Shown: piece by piece, positions 47,057 through 56,559 of the stretch
Layout: the number at the start of each line of letters is the position of its first letter
Position numbering within the stretch: the stretch's first letter is position 1
Virus record (IMG/VR): IMGVR_UViG_3300046780_000484
Location: 1-64,000 of that record
Direction: 5' to 3' (one strand)
From: a virus
DNA length: 64,000 nucleotides
The notes under the pieces: generated by a model
What the model saw: only the letters and a program-made list of their open reading frames with translations
What the model was told of the DNA's origin: nothing
The model's database searches: none
Translations under genes and position numbers: made by a program

Positions 47057-47225
47057 CCGCTGCAGCCTTCTCCCGCGCCCTGATACCGAGTTCGACCTGC
47101 ATGTGAAGCACTCTCAGTTCCCGGAGGATGTCATCTCCGCACTGGCGGGTGAAGTTGTGTCCCCTGATGCGGCTCGTCAGGACTTGCAGGTCCTTCAGGA
47201 AGCGTTCCGCGTCCCGGTCATTCAT
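47049..47225 (-). CDS. Small hypothetical protein
   Basis: 58-aa ORF (MNDRDAERFLKDL...) filling the gap and overlapping the next start. Confidence 0.45.
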   Translation of the reverse strand: MNDRDAERFLKDLQVLTSRIRGHNFTRQCGDDILRELRVLHMQVELGIRAREKAAADA

Positions 47226-47229
47226 GAAG

Positions 47230-47502
47230 TCACCCGCCCGTACTCACGACGTAGTGGATGGCCACCGTGGTGGCCGCCGTGCCGACCGTGCCGTAGATCT
47301 GGGCGCCGCGGCTGCCGGAGAAGCACTGGAACGTAACGGGGGTCGTGGGGACCGACATGCCGCTCACCGTGCTCATGGTCGTGGACAGGCCCGCGTAGAC
47401 GACCCCGGTGGGGGCGTACATCGTGACCGCGCAGGGGCCCGGGGGGACCTGGAAGATCGCGATCGTCCCGCTGACCGCCCACTGTCCCATCTCAAGCGCC
47501 AC
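47230..47502 (-). CDS. Small beta-rich virion (decoration-like) protein
   Basis: T/V/G-rich; resembles 51928-52449 and 52482-52787. Confidence 0.6.
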   Translation of the reverse strand: MALEMGQWAVSGTIAIFQVPPGPCAVTMYAPTGVVYAGLSTTMSTVSGMSVPTTPVTFQCFSGSRGAQIYGTVGTAATTVAIHYVVSTGG

Positions 47503-47537
47503 ACGGCCTCCTCGGGATCGTCTGCGATGATGGAGAG

Positions 47538-47696
47538 ATGAGCAAAAAGGACCGCGCAGATGAGGACCGCGTGCTGGCGAAGCTCAGTCCCGGCTACGTC
47601 TCCCTCGACGGCGAGGAATGGCACGAGGTACCCGAAGGCATGACCGGCCCGGAGTTCCTTCTGTCGTTGCTGAAGTCGTCAGGCAACGCGGGATAG
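47538..47696 (+). CDS. Small hypothetical protein (moron)
   Basis: 52-aa ORF on the opposite strand filling the gap. Confidence 0.4.
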   Translation: MSKKDRADEDRVLAKLSPGYVSLDGEEWHEVPEGMTGPEFLLSLLKSSGNAG

Positions 47697-48383
47697 CACC
47701 CAGTCCACGTCCCGCGAGAACCGGCGGCGGAGCCGGGCCACCTCGTACGGCATCCGGTCCGCCTGCCACTCCCGGAACGCCTTCAGGTCGGTCTCGCCGT
47801 GCGCTGCCTCGGCTTCCCGGTACGTCTCGTCATGGACGGTCTCCGCGCACACCTGCCAGTGCCGGTGCTCGATCACCGCTTCGGGGCAGAACCGGATCAG
47901 CCCGGCCCGCTTCCCGAGCTCAGCCCAGGCGTTATCACAGTAGAAGTGGGCCAGGGAGGGCTCGGCGAAGTGGCCGAGTTCCCGCACCCAGTCCGACGAG
48001 ATCAGCGGATGCTCGGGCACGTCGTAACGCCGCTTCCCGTCGGGGAACACGATCCCCGTCCCGCCCAGGTCCTCCAGCGTCCCCAGCAGCAGCTCGTCCC
48101 AGCCGGGGGTGATGAACACCAGGTCGTCGGCGGCGAGGAACAGGGCGTCGTAGGCCCCGGCCAGGACGGAGGCCGCCGCGTTGACCGCGGTGATCAGGTT
48201 CCCCCGGGTCGCCGTGATCTTGTCCGCGTCGGTGATGCCCGCGTACGAGTCCTCGTCGTCGTCGTCGATGACCAGGATCAGGTCCGTGGTGTCCAGTGCT
48301 TTCGTCTCGCGGAACGAGTCGATGCACCGCCGGGCCATCTCCGGGCGCTTTCGGGTGGGGAGCATGACGCACAGGTCTGTCAC
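47679..48383 (-). CDS. GT2-family glycosyltransferase
   Basis: VMLPTRKRP, LVIDDDD, AADD (DxD-like), HFYCD, IEHRH. Confidence 0.85.
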   Translation of the reverse strand: MTDLCVMLPTRKRPEMARRCIDSFRETKALDTTDLILVIDDDDEDSYAGITDADKITATRGNLITAVNAAASVLAGAYDALFLAADDLVFITPGWDELLLGTLEDLGGTGIVFPDGKRRYDVPEHPLISSDWVRELGHFAEPSLAHFYCDNAWAELGKRAGLIRFCPEAVIEHRHWQVCAETVHDETYREAEAAHGETDLKAFREWQADRMPYEVARLRRRFSRDVDWVLSRVA

Positions 48384-48610
48384 CGCTTGATGACCTTTCC
48401 CATCAGTTCATAGAGCGCGAGGAATTCTTCATCCCGCAGGGTTAGGGCGTTCTTCCACTCGCCATGCCAGCACCAGTTGATGTCCACGGCGTCGGTGCCC
48501 GAATCGCCGCAGGTGCGGCAACTCCAGTCCGCGTGGGTCGTCATGACCTGGAAGAGGCCTTCGGTAAGGTTCTGGCTGCGGACGACTTCCCCGGGGCGGT
48601 CATCACTCAT
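48380..48610 (-). CDS. Small hypothetical protein
   Basis: ATGA/GTGA coupling; CRTCG. Confidence 0.5.
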   Translation of the reverse strand: MSDDRPGEVVRSQNLTEGLFQVMTTHADWSCRTCGDSGTDAVDINWCWHGEWKNALTLRDEEFLALYELMGKVIKR

Positions 48611-48960
48611 GTGAGGATCGGCACCTCAAGCCGCCGGGTGTCCGTCTCGTACGCCTCGCCGGAGCGCGGGCCGCGCGTGAAGACGAGGACCGTGCAGTCG
48701 GTCTCGGCCCGCCAGGCGTGCGGGATCCCCGCCGGCTCGGTGATCAGGGAACCGGGGCCGTAGGTCTTCTCGTGCACCCCGTCGTCCTCGATCCAGGCGG
48801 CGGTCAGCCGGCCTGAGCAGACGTACGTGTACTGCGTAGTCGCCAGGTGAATGTGGTTACCCCGGACCGACCCGGCCTTCGTGGAGATCTCCGTCACGGC
48901 GTCGACAGGGCCCAGCAGGTCCTGGATGACGCCCCGGTGATCCTCGAAACGGTCAGCCAT
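48607..48960 (-). CDS. Cupin (NDP-sugar epimerase/isomerase-like)
   Basis: FEDHRG.I, RGNH.H, PAGIPHA. Confidence 0.85.
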   Translation of the reverse strand: MADRFEDHRGVIQDLLGPVDAVTEISTKAGSVRGNHIHLATTQYTYVCSGRLTAAWIEDDGVHEKTYGPGSLITEPAGIPHAWRAETDCTVLVFTRGPRSGEAYETDTRRLEVPILT

Positions 48961-50107
48961 GCAGCACCTTCGGTTCCGGCAGCGGGGTGATGAAGACGCC
49001 CTGGTAGCCCTTGGCGCGGAGCGCGGGCACGATGTCTGCGGCGAGATGCCAGCTCAGTAGGAGCGCGGCGGGCGGCTGGTCGGCGATCAGCTTCGCCTCG
49101 TCCACCACCGGGATGGAAGTCCCCGGCAGGGTGAGCCCGATCTTGGCGGAGCCCGGGACCTCGCATACGCAGGCCAGGTAGCCCGCGATCCCGGCGTAGT
49201 GGATGAGGGGCGTGGCTCTCGTGGTCGCCCCGATGCCGTACACGGGGCCCTGCTGGGCGAACCCGTCCAGCATCACCCGCAGCGCCTTGGCGGCAGCCTG
49301 GGCGCGTTCCGCGACCTTTCCCGTCCGCTGCCTGAGCGCATAGACGCGGAACGACCCGCCGTGGGTGCCGATCTTCTGGACATCAGCGACGACGAGGCCG
49401 TGCATCTGCAGCAGCCGGGACATGGTGGAGATCGACCAGTAGCGGGCGTGCTCGTGGTACACGGTGTCGATCTGCAGGCCGTCCAGCACGGCGTTCACGT
49501 CATGGTTCTCGGTGACGAACACGCCGTCGTCAGCCAGCAGCCGCATGACGCCGGCCATGAAATCGTGGGCGCTGGGGACGTGAGCCAGCACGTTGCAGGC
49601 GGTGACCACCTTCGCCGGGCCGTACGTCTGCCGCAGCCGCTTCCCGGTGGCGTGGGTGAAGAACTCCTGGCAGACCTCGATGCCTTTCGCGGCGGCCTTG
49701 CCTGCCTGCCCGGTCGGTTCCACGCCGACCACCTGCATGTCGGGCACCTCGCGGCGCACCGCATCGAGCAGCGTGCCGTCGTTGCAGCCTAGGTCCACGA
49801 CGAGCTGGCCCGGCCCGGCGATCTCGCCGACTTCCCGTGCGAGGCCGGCGAAGTGGTCCCGCAGCGCCCTCGTGTTCCCGCTGCTGTACGAGTGGTCCTC
49901 GGCGAACACCTCGCGCGGCGGCGCGATGTACGACAGCTGGACCAGCGTGCAGCTATTACAGGCGAGCAGCGCGAGGGGATATGTCTGGTCGCTGTCATAC
50001 CGCTCAGGGAGGGGCTGATCGCCCATGTCCAGGACCGGCGCCAGGTCCCACGAGCCGCAGAGCCCGCAGGACGCGACCTTGCCGGGCAGCCCGGCGGGCA
50101 GGCTCAC
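48953..50107 (-). CDS. NDP-hexose C-methyltransferase-like protein
   Basis: N-terminal Zn site CGLCG...CNSC.LVQL, DLGCNDG, NVLAHV, YHEH, THGGS and a C-terminal Methyltransf_14-like domain. Confidence 0.9.
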   Translation of the reverse strand: MSLPAGLPGKVASCGLCGSWDLAPVLDMGDQPLPERYDSDQTYPLALLACNSCTLVQLSYIAPPREVFAEDHSYSSGNTRALRDHFAGLAREVGEIAGPGQLVVDLGCNDGTLLDAVRREVPDMQVVGVEPTGQAGKAAAKGIEVCQEFFTHATGKRLRQTYGPAKVVTACNVLAHVPSAHDFMAGVMRLLADDGVFVTENHDVNAVLDGLQIDTVYHEHARYWSISTMSRLLQMHGLVVADVQKIGTHGGSFRVYALRQRTGKVAERAQAAAKALRVMLDGFAQQGPVYGIGATTRATPLIHYAGIAGYLACVCEVPGSAKIGLTLPGTSIPVVDEAKLIADQPPAALLLSWHLAADIVPALRAKGYQGVFITPLPEPKVLHG

Positions 50108-50439
50108 GTTCCCACCAGGATGCGCGTGTCGTTCCCGCGCTCATCCAGCCACGTGAACTCGCCCTCCCGGCCGACTGGGCGGTGCATCCGGCACCCGCAG
50201 CAGTAGGTGGCCCCGTAGAAAGACGGGTTGCGGGCGTAGGTCTCGCACAGCGCCTGACCCATCTTGGTGACCGCACCGCACTCCGGGTCGTGGTGGATGT
50301 ATGAGCGGTACAGCGGCCGAACGAGGCCCTTCTTCCGGTCCTCCTCGGACAGTACGAGGTAGACGTCATGCTGGTCCCGCGGCTCCGTGTCGGCACCGTG
50401 ACCGAGACGCGGGTCCTTTGGGTCGATAGTCAGGCTCAC
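50104..50439 (-). CDS. Conserved phage Zn-binding protein
   Basis: YLVLSEEDR.KG.VRP....Y.H...CG..T.M.....ETYAR.P.FYGATYC..C..H. Confidence 0.7.
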   Translation of the reverse strand: MSLTIDPKDPRLGHGADTEPRDQHDVYLVLSEEDRKKGLVRPLYRSYIHHDPECGAVTKMGQALCETYARNPSFYGATYCCGCRMHRPVGREGEFTWLDERGNDTRILVGT

Positions 50440-50612
50440 GACTGCTCCTGGAGGCCGAAGACGCGGCCGATACCGAGGCGGACGGCAAGCTCGTAATTCC
50501 TAGCAGGCTCACCAGGTACGACGGCACTCTCCAGGGACAGGCCGTCGCGTCGGCAGAGGGACTCAAGAATGTCCCGGATGAGGCTGTCCGCCGATTGCTC
50601 CGCCGCGCTCAC
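50436..50612 (-). CDS. Small hypothetical protein
   Basis: GTGA coupling on both sides. Confidence 0.45.
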   Translation of the reverse strand: MSAAEQSADSLIRDILESLCRRDGLSLESAVVPGEPARNYELAVRLGIGRVFGLQEQS

Positions 50613-50962
50613 GGCGGGAACCCCAATTTCCGCATCGTCTCGCCGGCTTCCGGCATCCTCATGTGCAGGCCATCGCGGGTGCTGCGCCAGCCGGGATGCC
50701 GCTCCTCGTAGTCGTGGTCGAGCAGTCTCGCCTCGGCTTCCAGGGCGTTCTGCCATTCCTGCTGGGTGAACACGCCCTTCTTGACGAGAAGCCCCGTCAG
50801 GGCGCTCATCTCGGCGCGCAGCAGGATCGTGATTTCCCGGTGGTCGGTCACGGCGCGAAACTCGCCATCAGTCGCCGGCTGGGTCCCGAGTTGCCAGCTA
50901 GCGAAGAACTTCCGCCACTTGCACAGCTTCTCCAGGGCTGCGCGCAGGCTGGACTCGCTCAT
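50609..50962 (-). CDS. Hypothetical phage protein
   Basis: KLCKWRKFFASWQLGT; coupled ORF. Confidence 0.65.
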   Translation of the reverse strand: MSESSLRAALEKLCKWRKFFASWQLGTQPATDGEFRAVTDHREITILLRAEMSALTGLLVKKGVFTQQEWQNALEAEARLLDHDYEERHPGWRSTRDGLHMRMPEAGETMRKLGFPP

Positions 50963-51918
50963 CCGTGAGCCCGGTACCAGGCGACGGTGCGGGCGAGGCC
51001 CTCCGCGAACGGCATCTGCGGCCCGGGGTAGCCGAGCGCGGCGATCTTGGACGTATCGGGGAGGCGCCGCGGCGGAGCGCCCTTCGGCAGGGCACCGGGC
51101 ACCACCTTCACAACCCTGCCGTACTCGGCGGCAACATCATGGGCCACGCTGGCGATGGTCCGCTCGTCCATGTTCCCGACGTGGTAGACGTTCGGCCCCT
51201 CAGGAGCCTTGTCCAGCAGCAGGGTCAGCTGGTCAACGCAATCACCGACCCAGACGAAACTGCGCGTCTCAAGGCCGGTGCCCTGGATCGGGAATTCGAT
51301 GACCCCCTCGGGCTGCGCCGCGGCGAGCTTGTTCATCCGCAGGCAGAACATCGGGATCACGTGGTCGGCGCCGGCGTCGGGCCCGAAGCAGTTGTGCGGC
51401 CGGGCAATAACGAGCCGGTCCAGCACCCCCGTCCGCGCCCACGCCATCGCCATCAGCTCGCAGGCGATCTTCCCGCCGCCGTAGGAATACCGGGGGTTGC
51501 GCACATCCGGCACCGTCAGCGGGACCGTCTCCGGCGTCGGCACTACCAGGGCGACCTGGTATGCCTCCGACGAGGACACCAGCAGCATGTCCCCGCAGCC
51601 GGTCTGCTCGCACGCCTTCAGGACGTTCAGCATGCCCCGCACGGCCACGTCGAGGACCTGCCGCGGCTCGGAGTAGAAGACGGCGGTGCCGTTGAGGTAC
51701 GCAAGGTGCGCCACCGAGCCGCAGCCCTGCATCGCGGCCGTCACGGCGTCCGGGTCCCGGATGTCGCCTTCCATGACCTCGCAGGCCACGCCCCGCAGCC
51801 GCTCCGGATGGCCGCGGGACATGTCGTCCAGGACCCGGACCTCGTGGCCGTCCGCAGCTAGGCGGCGGACCAGGGCGCTGCCTATCACGCCCGCGCCGCC
51901 GGTTACGAGTATGCGCAT
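50959..51918 (-). CDS. NAD-dependent nucleotide-sugar epimerase/dehydratase (UDP-GlcA decarboxylase-like)
   Basis: ILVTGGAGVIG, SSSEAY, YGGGK (YxxxK), RPHN.FGP, TRSF. Confidence 0.92.
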   Translation of the reverse strand: MRILVTGGAGVIGSALVRRLAADGHEVRVLDDMSRGHPERLRGVACEVMEGDIRDPDAVTAAMQGCGSVAHLAYLNGTAVFYSEPRQVLDVAVRGMLNVLKACEQTGCGDMLLVSSSEAYQVALVVPTPETVPLTVPDVRNPRYSYGGGKIACELMAMAWARTGVLDRLVIARPHNCFGPDAGADHVIPMFCLRMNKLAAAQPEGVIEFPIQGTGLETRSFVWVGDCVDQLTLLLDKAPEGPNVYHVGNMDERTIASVAHDVAAEYGRVVKVVPGALPKGAPPRRLPDTSKIAALGYPGPQMPFAEGLARTVAWYRAHG

Positions 51919-51927
51919 TCGCGGCTC

Positions 51928-52449
51928 CTAAACCACGCCGCCGATGACCTGCACCTGGCCGGGCAGCGCCGTAGCCGTGTAGATCACCCCGGACCCGACG
52001 TGATCCTGCACCAGGGGGTTGGCGAACGTGATCTGCGACGAGGCGGTGGTCGAGTTCACGACCTGCGCCTCCCAGCCGGTGCCCGTCGTGGCCCCGACGA
52101 CGATCGTCGTGCCCGCCGCGAGGCCGGTCGGCACCGTGGTAGTCAGGGTGATCGCGGTCGTCCCGACCGTCACCGCCGTCGAGCTCATCGTCCCGGCCGC
52201 GGCGAGGCCGCCGACCCCCGACAGGGCGTAAACGGCGCCGGTCAGCCCGATCACCTCGACGGTCTTGCTGTTCGGCGGGATGATCAGCCCGTTGTTCTGG
52301 GTGACCTGCGACCCGCCGATGTACACCGGGTTCCGCGACGTGTTCGTGACCCGCAGGACCGACACGGCCGACGAGTTCGGCGTGAACACCCACGTCGGCG
52401 TCACGGCCGGGTTCACGTTCGACGGCGAACCCGGGGGGATGTTCGGCAT
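51928..52449 (-). CDS. Beta-rich virion (decoration-like) protein
   Basis: VTNTSRNPVYIGG..VT..NG; RBS AGGAGG. Confidence 0.65.
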   Translation of the reverse strand: MPNIPPGSPSNVNPAVTPTWVFTPNSSAVSVLRVTNTSRNPVYIGGSQVTQNNGLIIPPNSKTVEVIGLTGAVYALSGVGGLAAAGTMSSTAVTVGTTAITLTTTVPTGLAAGTTIVVGATTGTGWEAQVVNSTTASSQITFANPLVQDHVGSGVIYTATALPGQVQVIGGVV

Positions 52450-52481
52450 CGGTGCCTCCTCTCCTCGCTGTCAGGGCTTGC

Positions 52482-52787
52482 CTAGGTGTAGTTGACGAGG
52501 GACCCGTAGCCGATCGAGACCGTGGAGGACCCGGCCCCGGTGCAGGCGGTGATCGGGGTCGACGCCGGCACCTGGCACTGGGTCAGGACCACGGTCCCGC
52601 CTGTCGGGATCCCGAAGCTGGCCACTGAGGTGGCGACGTTGGAGGCTCCCATCCCGATGAAGATGGTGGCCGTCCCGGAGTTGGTGACCACCAGGTCCCG
52701 CTTGTATCCGGCAGCGGTCGTGTAGACCGTGCCCGCGGTGGTGGTGACGGCGGTGTTGTTGACGGCCCAGGCTGCGGCGATGGCCAC
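52482..52787 (-). CDS. Beta-rich virion (decoration-like) protein
   Basis: RDLVVTNSGTATIFIG.......FGIP.G; RBS AAGGGAG. Confidence 0.65.
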   Translation of the reverse strand: MAIAAAWAVNNTAVTTTAGTVYTTAAGYKRDLVVTNSGTATIFIGMGASNVATSVASFGIPTGGTVVLTQCQVPASTPITACTGAGSSTVSIGYGSLVNYT

Positions 52788-52855
52788 ACAGGCTCCCTTG
52801 CTGTTCGGTGAGTTGCGAGAGTTGCGCGGCAAGCGCGCCGCTATTCAGTTGTCGT

Positions 52856-53137
52856 TCAGTTGGTGAGGCCCAGGTTCGTGGTAGACCCAGCCGTACTCGT
52901 GCCGCTGGTAACCACGTAGTTCGGGTAGGTGACCGTTCCCGGGACCGTCCAGGTGTAGGGCTGCCAGTGGATGTGCATGCAGGTGCAGCCGTGGCAGTGG
53001 TGCGCGGCACGGTCGGCGCGGAGCTTCTCCACTTCGGCGCGCAGGTCACGGAGAGTGTCCGCTACCTCGCGGTCCTTCAGTTCGCGCACCGCCTCGGCCA
53101 GTTCGGCCACCTCATCGCGGATGCTCTTGTCGGACAT
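52856..53137 (-). CDS. Hypothetical coiled-coil/Cys-His protein
   Basis: RBS AAGGAG; HHCHGCTCMH. Confidence 0.6.
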   Translation of the reverse strand: MSDKSIRDEVAELAEAVRELKDREVADTLRDLRAEVEKLRADRAAHHCHGCTCMHIHWQPYTWTVPGTVTYPNYVVTSGTSTAGSTTNLGLTN

Positions 53138-53165
53138 CGGACTCCTTCTCTAGCCTGGAAACCGC

Positions 53166-53200
53166 GAAGGCCCGGGTGAATAGCTCTCATCCGGGCCTTC
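53166..53200 (-). terminator. Hairpin terminator downstream of the capsid/LAGLIDADG genes
   Basis: GAAGGCCCGGGTGA-N7-TCATCCGGGCCTTC inverted repeat. Confidence 0.7.
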
Positions 53201-53214
53201 CTGCGTGCTGACGG

Positions 53215-54345
53215 TCAGAACAGGGTGGCGGCCAGAGGCTTCCCGTGGACGGCGAGGTCAGCCAGGGCCTTTTTGCGGGCGAGGGCGACCGGAGCGTCAT
53301 CGTAGAGGGCAGCAAGGAGGCGCAGGACGCGCACGGTCCCGCCCACCTGCACGCACCACGTCGTCGTGCTCGGCTTCTTCGGGGTGGCGTGCACGTTAGT
53401 GCCGATGAGCGCGTTGACCCAGGCCTCATATGCCTTCGCCACGGATTCGCTACCGGTCAGTTGCGTGAAGACGCCGCGCTCGTTGATGGTGATGCTGCCA
53501 TCCCCGTCGACCAGTCCGCGCCAGTAGTGCGGCATCAGGACGGCAGGGCCATCCCAGGGCTCAAGCACATCCGTCTTGCGGCGAATAATGCCGTTGTTCA
53601 CCAGGGCTTTAGCCAGCGGAGGCGAGCAGACGGCGAGCATTGAGACGGGAACCATCTTCCCGTAGGACTCTTCCTCGAAATCGCGGATCGGACGCCGGGC
53701 CTTCAGTGACCCGTGAAGCGTTACGAGGTGGTCCCGGTCCTTGCGGGCCAACTTGACCTGAAGACGCAAGTACTCCCGGGTCCCCCTGGTGAATCCCGTT
53801 ACGCATCCGTCTGCGCCAAGGAAGCCGAGCCAGTAGGCCTTGTCGGGGGTGTCGATCTGGTCGAAGTAGCCGGGGTTGTCGCAGGCGATCCGCTCCCTGC
53901 GCCCGATGCCCAGTTCTTCCAGCACGTTGTAGACGCTGGATGAATGGCAGCCGAGCACGCGCCCGATCTCCGGGGCATCCATGCCGCTCTCGTACAGGCC
54001 GGGGACGCGTTCGCGGAGTTCATCGGCGAGCCGGTGCGGCTTCCGGTCTGGCACGCTGCCATGACGGCGCAGCACCGCTGTGATGGTGTGCTCAGTACGC
54101 CCCGACCTGCTGACGATCTCAGTAAGCGGCACGCCGTCTGCGTACAACTGGAGGATCTTCGCCTCATCCTCGGGCGAGGTCCGGGTGTTGAGTTGCCCAC
54201 GGTCGGCAGCAACGCCCTCCTTGCGAAGGGCGTTGCCGACCGTGTACGCGCTGAAGCCGGTTTCATCGGCAATCTCTTGCCATTTCATCCCGGCCTGATA
54301 CATGGCGGCGATACGCCGCCGGTCCTCTGGAGTAGTGCGTCTCAT
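53215..54345 (-). CDS. Free-standing double-motif LAGLIDADG homing endonuclease with three N-terminal HTH repeats
   Basis: AYWLGFLGADGCV and HYWRGLVDGDGSI; TAAGCT -10 box 6 nt before the ATG. Confidence 0.92.
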   Translation of the reverse strand: MRRTTPEDRRRIAAMYQAGMKWQEIADETGFSAYTVGNALRKEGVAADRGQLNTRTSPEDEAKILQLYADGVPLTEIVSRSGRTEHTITAVLRRHGSVPDRKPHRLADELRERVPGLYESGMDAPEIGRVLGCHSSSVYNVLEELGIGRRERIACDNPGYFDQIDTPDKAYWLGFLGADGCVTGFTRGTREYLRLQVKLARKDRDHLVTLHGSLKARRPIRDFEEESYGKMVPVSMLAVCSPPLAKALVNNGIIRRKTDVLEPWDGPAVLMPHYWRGLVDGDGSITINERGVFTQLTGSESVAKAYEAWVNALIGTNVHATPKKPSTTTWCVQVGGTVRVLRLLAALYDDAPVALARKKALADLAVHGKPLAATLF

Positions 54346-54384
54346 ACCTAAAGCTTAACACGTTTCAGGTATGAGACGTTGCGC

Positions 54385-56544
54385 CTAACTGTAGGGGCTG
54401 ATGTCGCTCACCTGGAGACCCTGAAGGATTCCAGAGTAGAACGGCGCATGTGCGACCAAAGACCCCAAAAGGAATATCGAGTACCTAAAGGTCGCATCTA
54501 TGACAGGCCACGCGCAAGGTGTTACATCTACCCAAAACGGACAGATGGGCGGGTCATTTCTGCCGCGCCTCTGCATCTTCGCTGGTCAATGCAGTTCGGA
54601 ACGTCTCACGATCTGCCGTCGCCCGGCCCGTAATGCCTCGGGCCGACGCCGGTTACACAGATCCGGCACATACGCTCTCTGCACACCGCCAGGCATCGAC
54701 GGTGCTCACGATTCCCCTGTTGCTACAGCCGGGGTTTCCTGATCAGTGCCGTTATTCGACGGAGGTCACCCTCCGAAGCCGCCTGATTACTAGTTGACGG
54801 AAACGTAGTCCTGTACGCAGGTCATCTCCCACGCGTTGTCCACGTGGCTCCACGTCTGCGGGAGCTGGTAGGACATCAGCAGCGCCGTGCCCTGGGACAT
54901 CCAGGGGTGCACGGTCAGCTTCACGGTCGACCTCGTGACGGGGTTCACGAACTCCGCCACGGCAGCCCCGGCGCGAATGCCGGAGATCTGGTCCTGGGAG
55001 ATGTTGAGAAGGTAGTTCAGGCCCGCGCCCTGGGTGAGCATGTCGTTCGCGAGCCGCATCAGGTCGCCGCCGTCGGCGACGATCTCGGACGGGTCAGCCC
55101 GGTACACGCCCGGGGTGACGTTGTTCATGCCGTTGTTCTCCCACAGCCCGTCGAGCGCCGTGAAGATGGCGTTCGTGCTGAGGTGGGTCCCGACGGACTG
55201 GTTGACGTAGCCGCCCTGCCACACGTTCGCGGCCTCGAACCCGACGTTCGCGTACGGGCCGGAGCCGGTGTCGGACAGGCCGGACAGCACCGGGATGAGG
55301 CCTTCCATCCGCTGGCTGGAGCCCGTCCCCGTGTCCGTCGCCGACGCGGTGTTCGCCGTGGCGACCGCGCCCTGGATGGTGAACCGGATACCGCCCACCG
55401 AGTTCGCGGTCTGCTTGCCCGTGGTCGTGACGCCGGCCTGCACCGACGTGCCGACCTGGAGGAACCCGTTCGCCCTCGAGGCCGAGGAGTTCGTCGACAC
55501 GTAGATGTTGTACTGCTGCGCCCCGGCGACCGGGGTGATCACGACGTCGACGACGTTGCCGGTGGTCAGCGGGGTGTCCGAGGTGAACGAGCTGACCGTG
55601 GTCTCGCCGAAGTAGTTCAGCGCGGTCACCGCGACGGCGAAGTGGGTGCCGCCGCCTGTGATGGCGGTCTCGTTGGAGCCCGCCACACGCTGGGTGATGG
55701 CAGGCGCTGCGGGGGTCGCGAGGTTCTGGGACGAACCCGCGATCATCTGATATTCCTCGCCCAGCATCATCTCTTGCAGCAGCACGAGATTAGCGAGGGC
55801 GGAGATGTCCTCAAATCCCTGACCCTGGAACTGGGCCAACCAGCTGAGCGACTCACTGAGCCCAAAAAACCTGTAGGGCACGTTGAGCCGGTACTGGGTC
55901 TGGGACCCGGCGCCGGGGATGTTGAGCGGCCAGGTCGAGCCGATGCCCGTCTGGCCGGACTGGACGAGTTCCGGCAGGGAGATGTCGATGACACCCTGGC
56001 CGCCGGTCTGGCTGCCGGAGATGCCCAGGAGGCCGTAGACCTGCTTGGACAGGCCCTGGCCGGCCGGGCGGGGGAACTTGTTGCGGAAGAGCGTGTACAC
56101 GGGGTACACGAGCCGCGAAGGCGCCGCGAGATCGAACGGAACGAGCCCGTACGGCGCACCCGCCGTCCCGAGGTTCTGCGCGGTGAAGTTCTTCCGCACG
56201 TCGGCGTCGGCGCGAAGCCGGTACGCCAGCGGGGCGAACTGCGGGTTCGTCGCGAACTCCGTCGCCAGGCTGCCGATCACCGTGTCCGAGTCGTGGCGGC
56301 CCTGGACCGTCGCGGCCTTGGTCCGCAGCATCAGGTCATGGCTCTTGGTGAAGATCGTCCCGCCGTCGGACGCGTCGTCCAGGGGGATGCCCTTGGTGAC
56401 GTGGCCGACGCCCTTGACGGCCTTGGCCGCGGACTTGGTGATCGCTTCCTCGAAGTTCCTGCCGGACGGGGGGGCCATGCGCGGCGCTCCCCCTGCCCCC
56501 ATCTGGGGGCCTGCCGCCTCATCGGCGGCGTACGTTACTGCCAC
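54385..56544 (-). CDS. Major capsid protein (exon 1 56544-54797, exon 2 54514-54385; 625 aa spliced)
   Basis: Follows the protease/scaffold gene; GLVPFDLAAPSRLVYPV, EMMLGEE, VHPWM.QGT. Splicing yields ...QDYVSVAWPVIDATFRYSIF...LQGL. Confidence 0.88.
54515..54796 (-). ncRNA. Group I self-splicing intron (282 nt, no ORF)
   Basis: Exon ends in U and intron ends in G; P1 exon CCGU pairs with intron GCGG (G-U wobble); P3 CGGCAC/GTGCCG; R/S-like GCAGAGAGCGTA and GAGACGTTCCG (P7). Removal restores the frame. Confidence 0.9.
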
Positions 56545-56559
56545 ATGTCTCCTAAAAGA

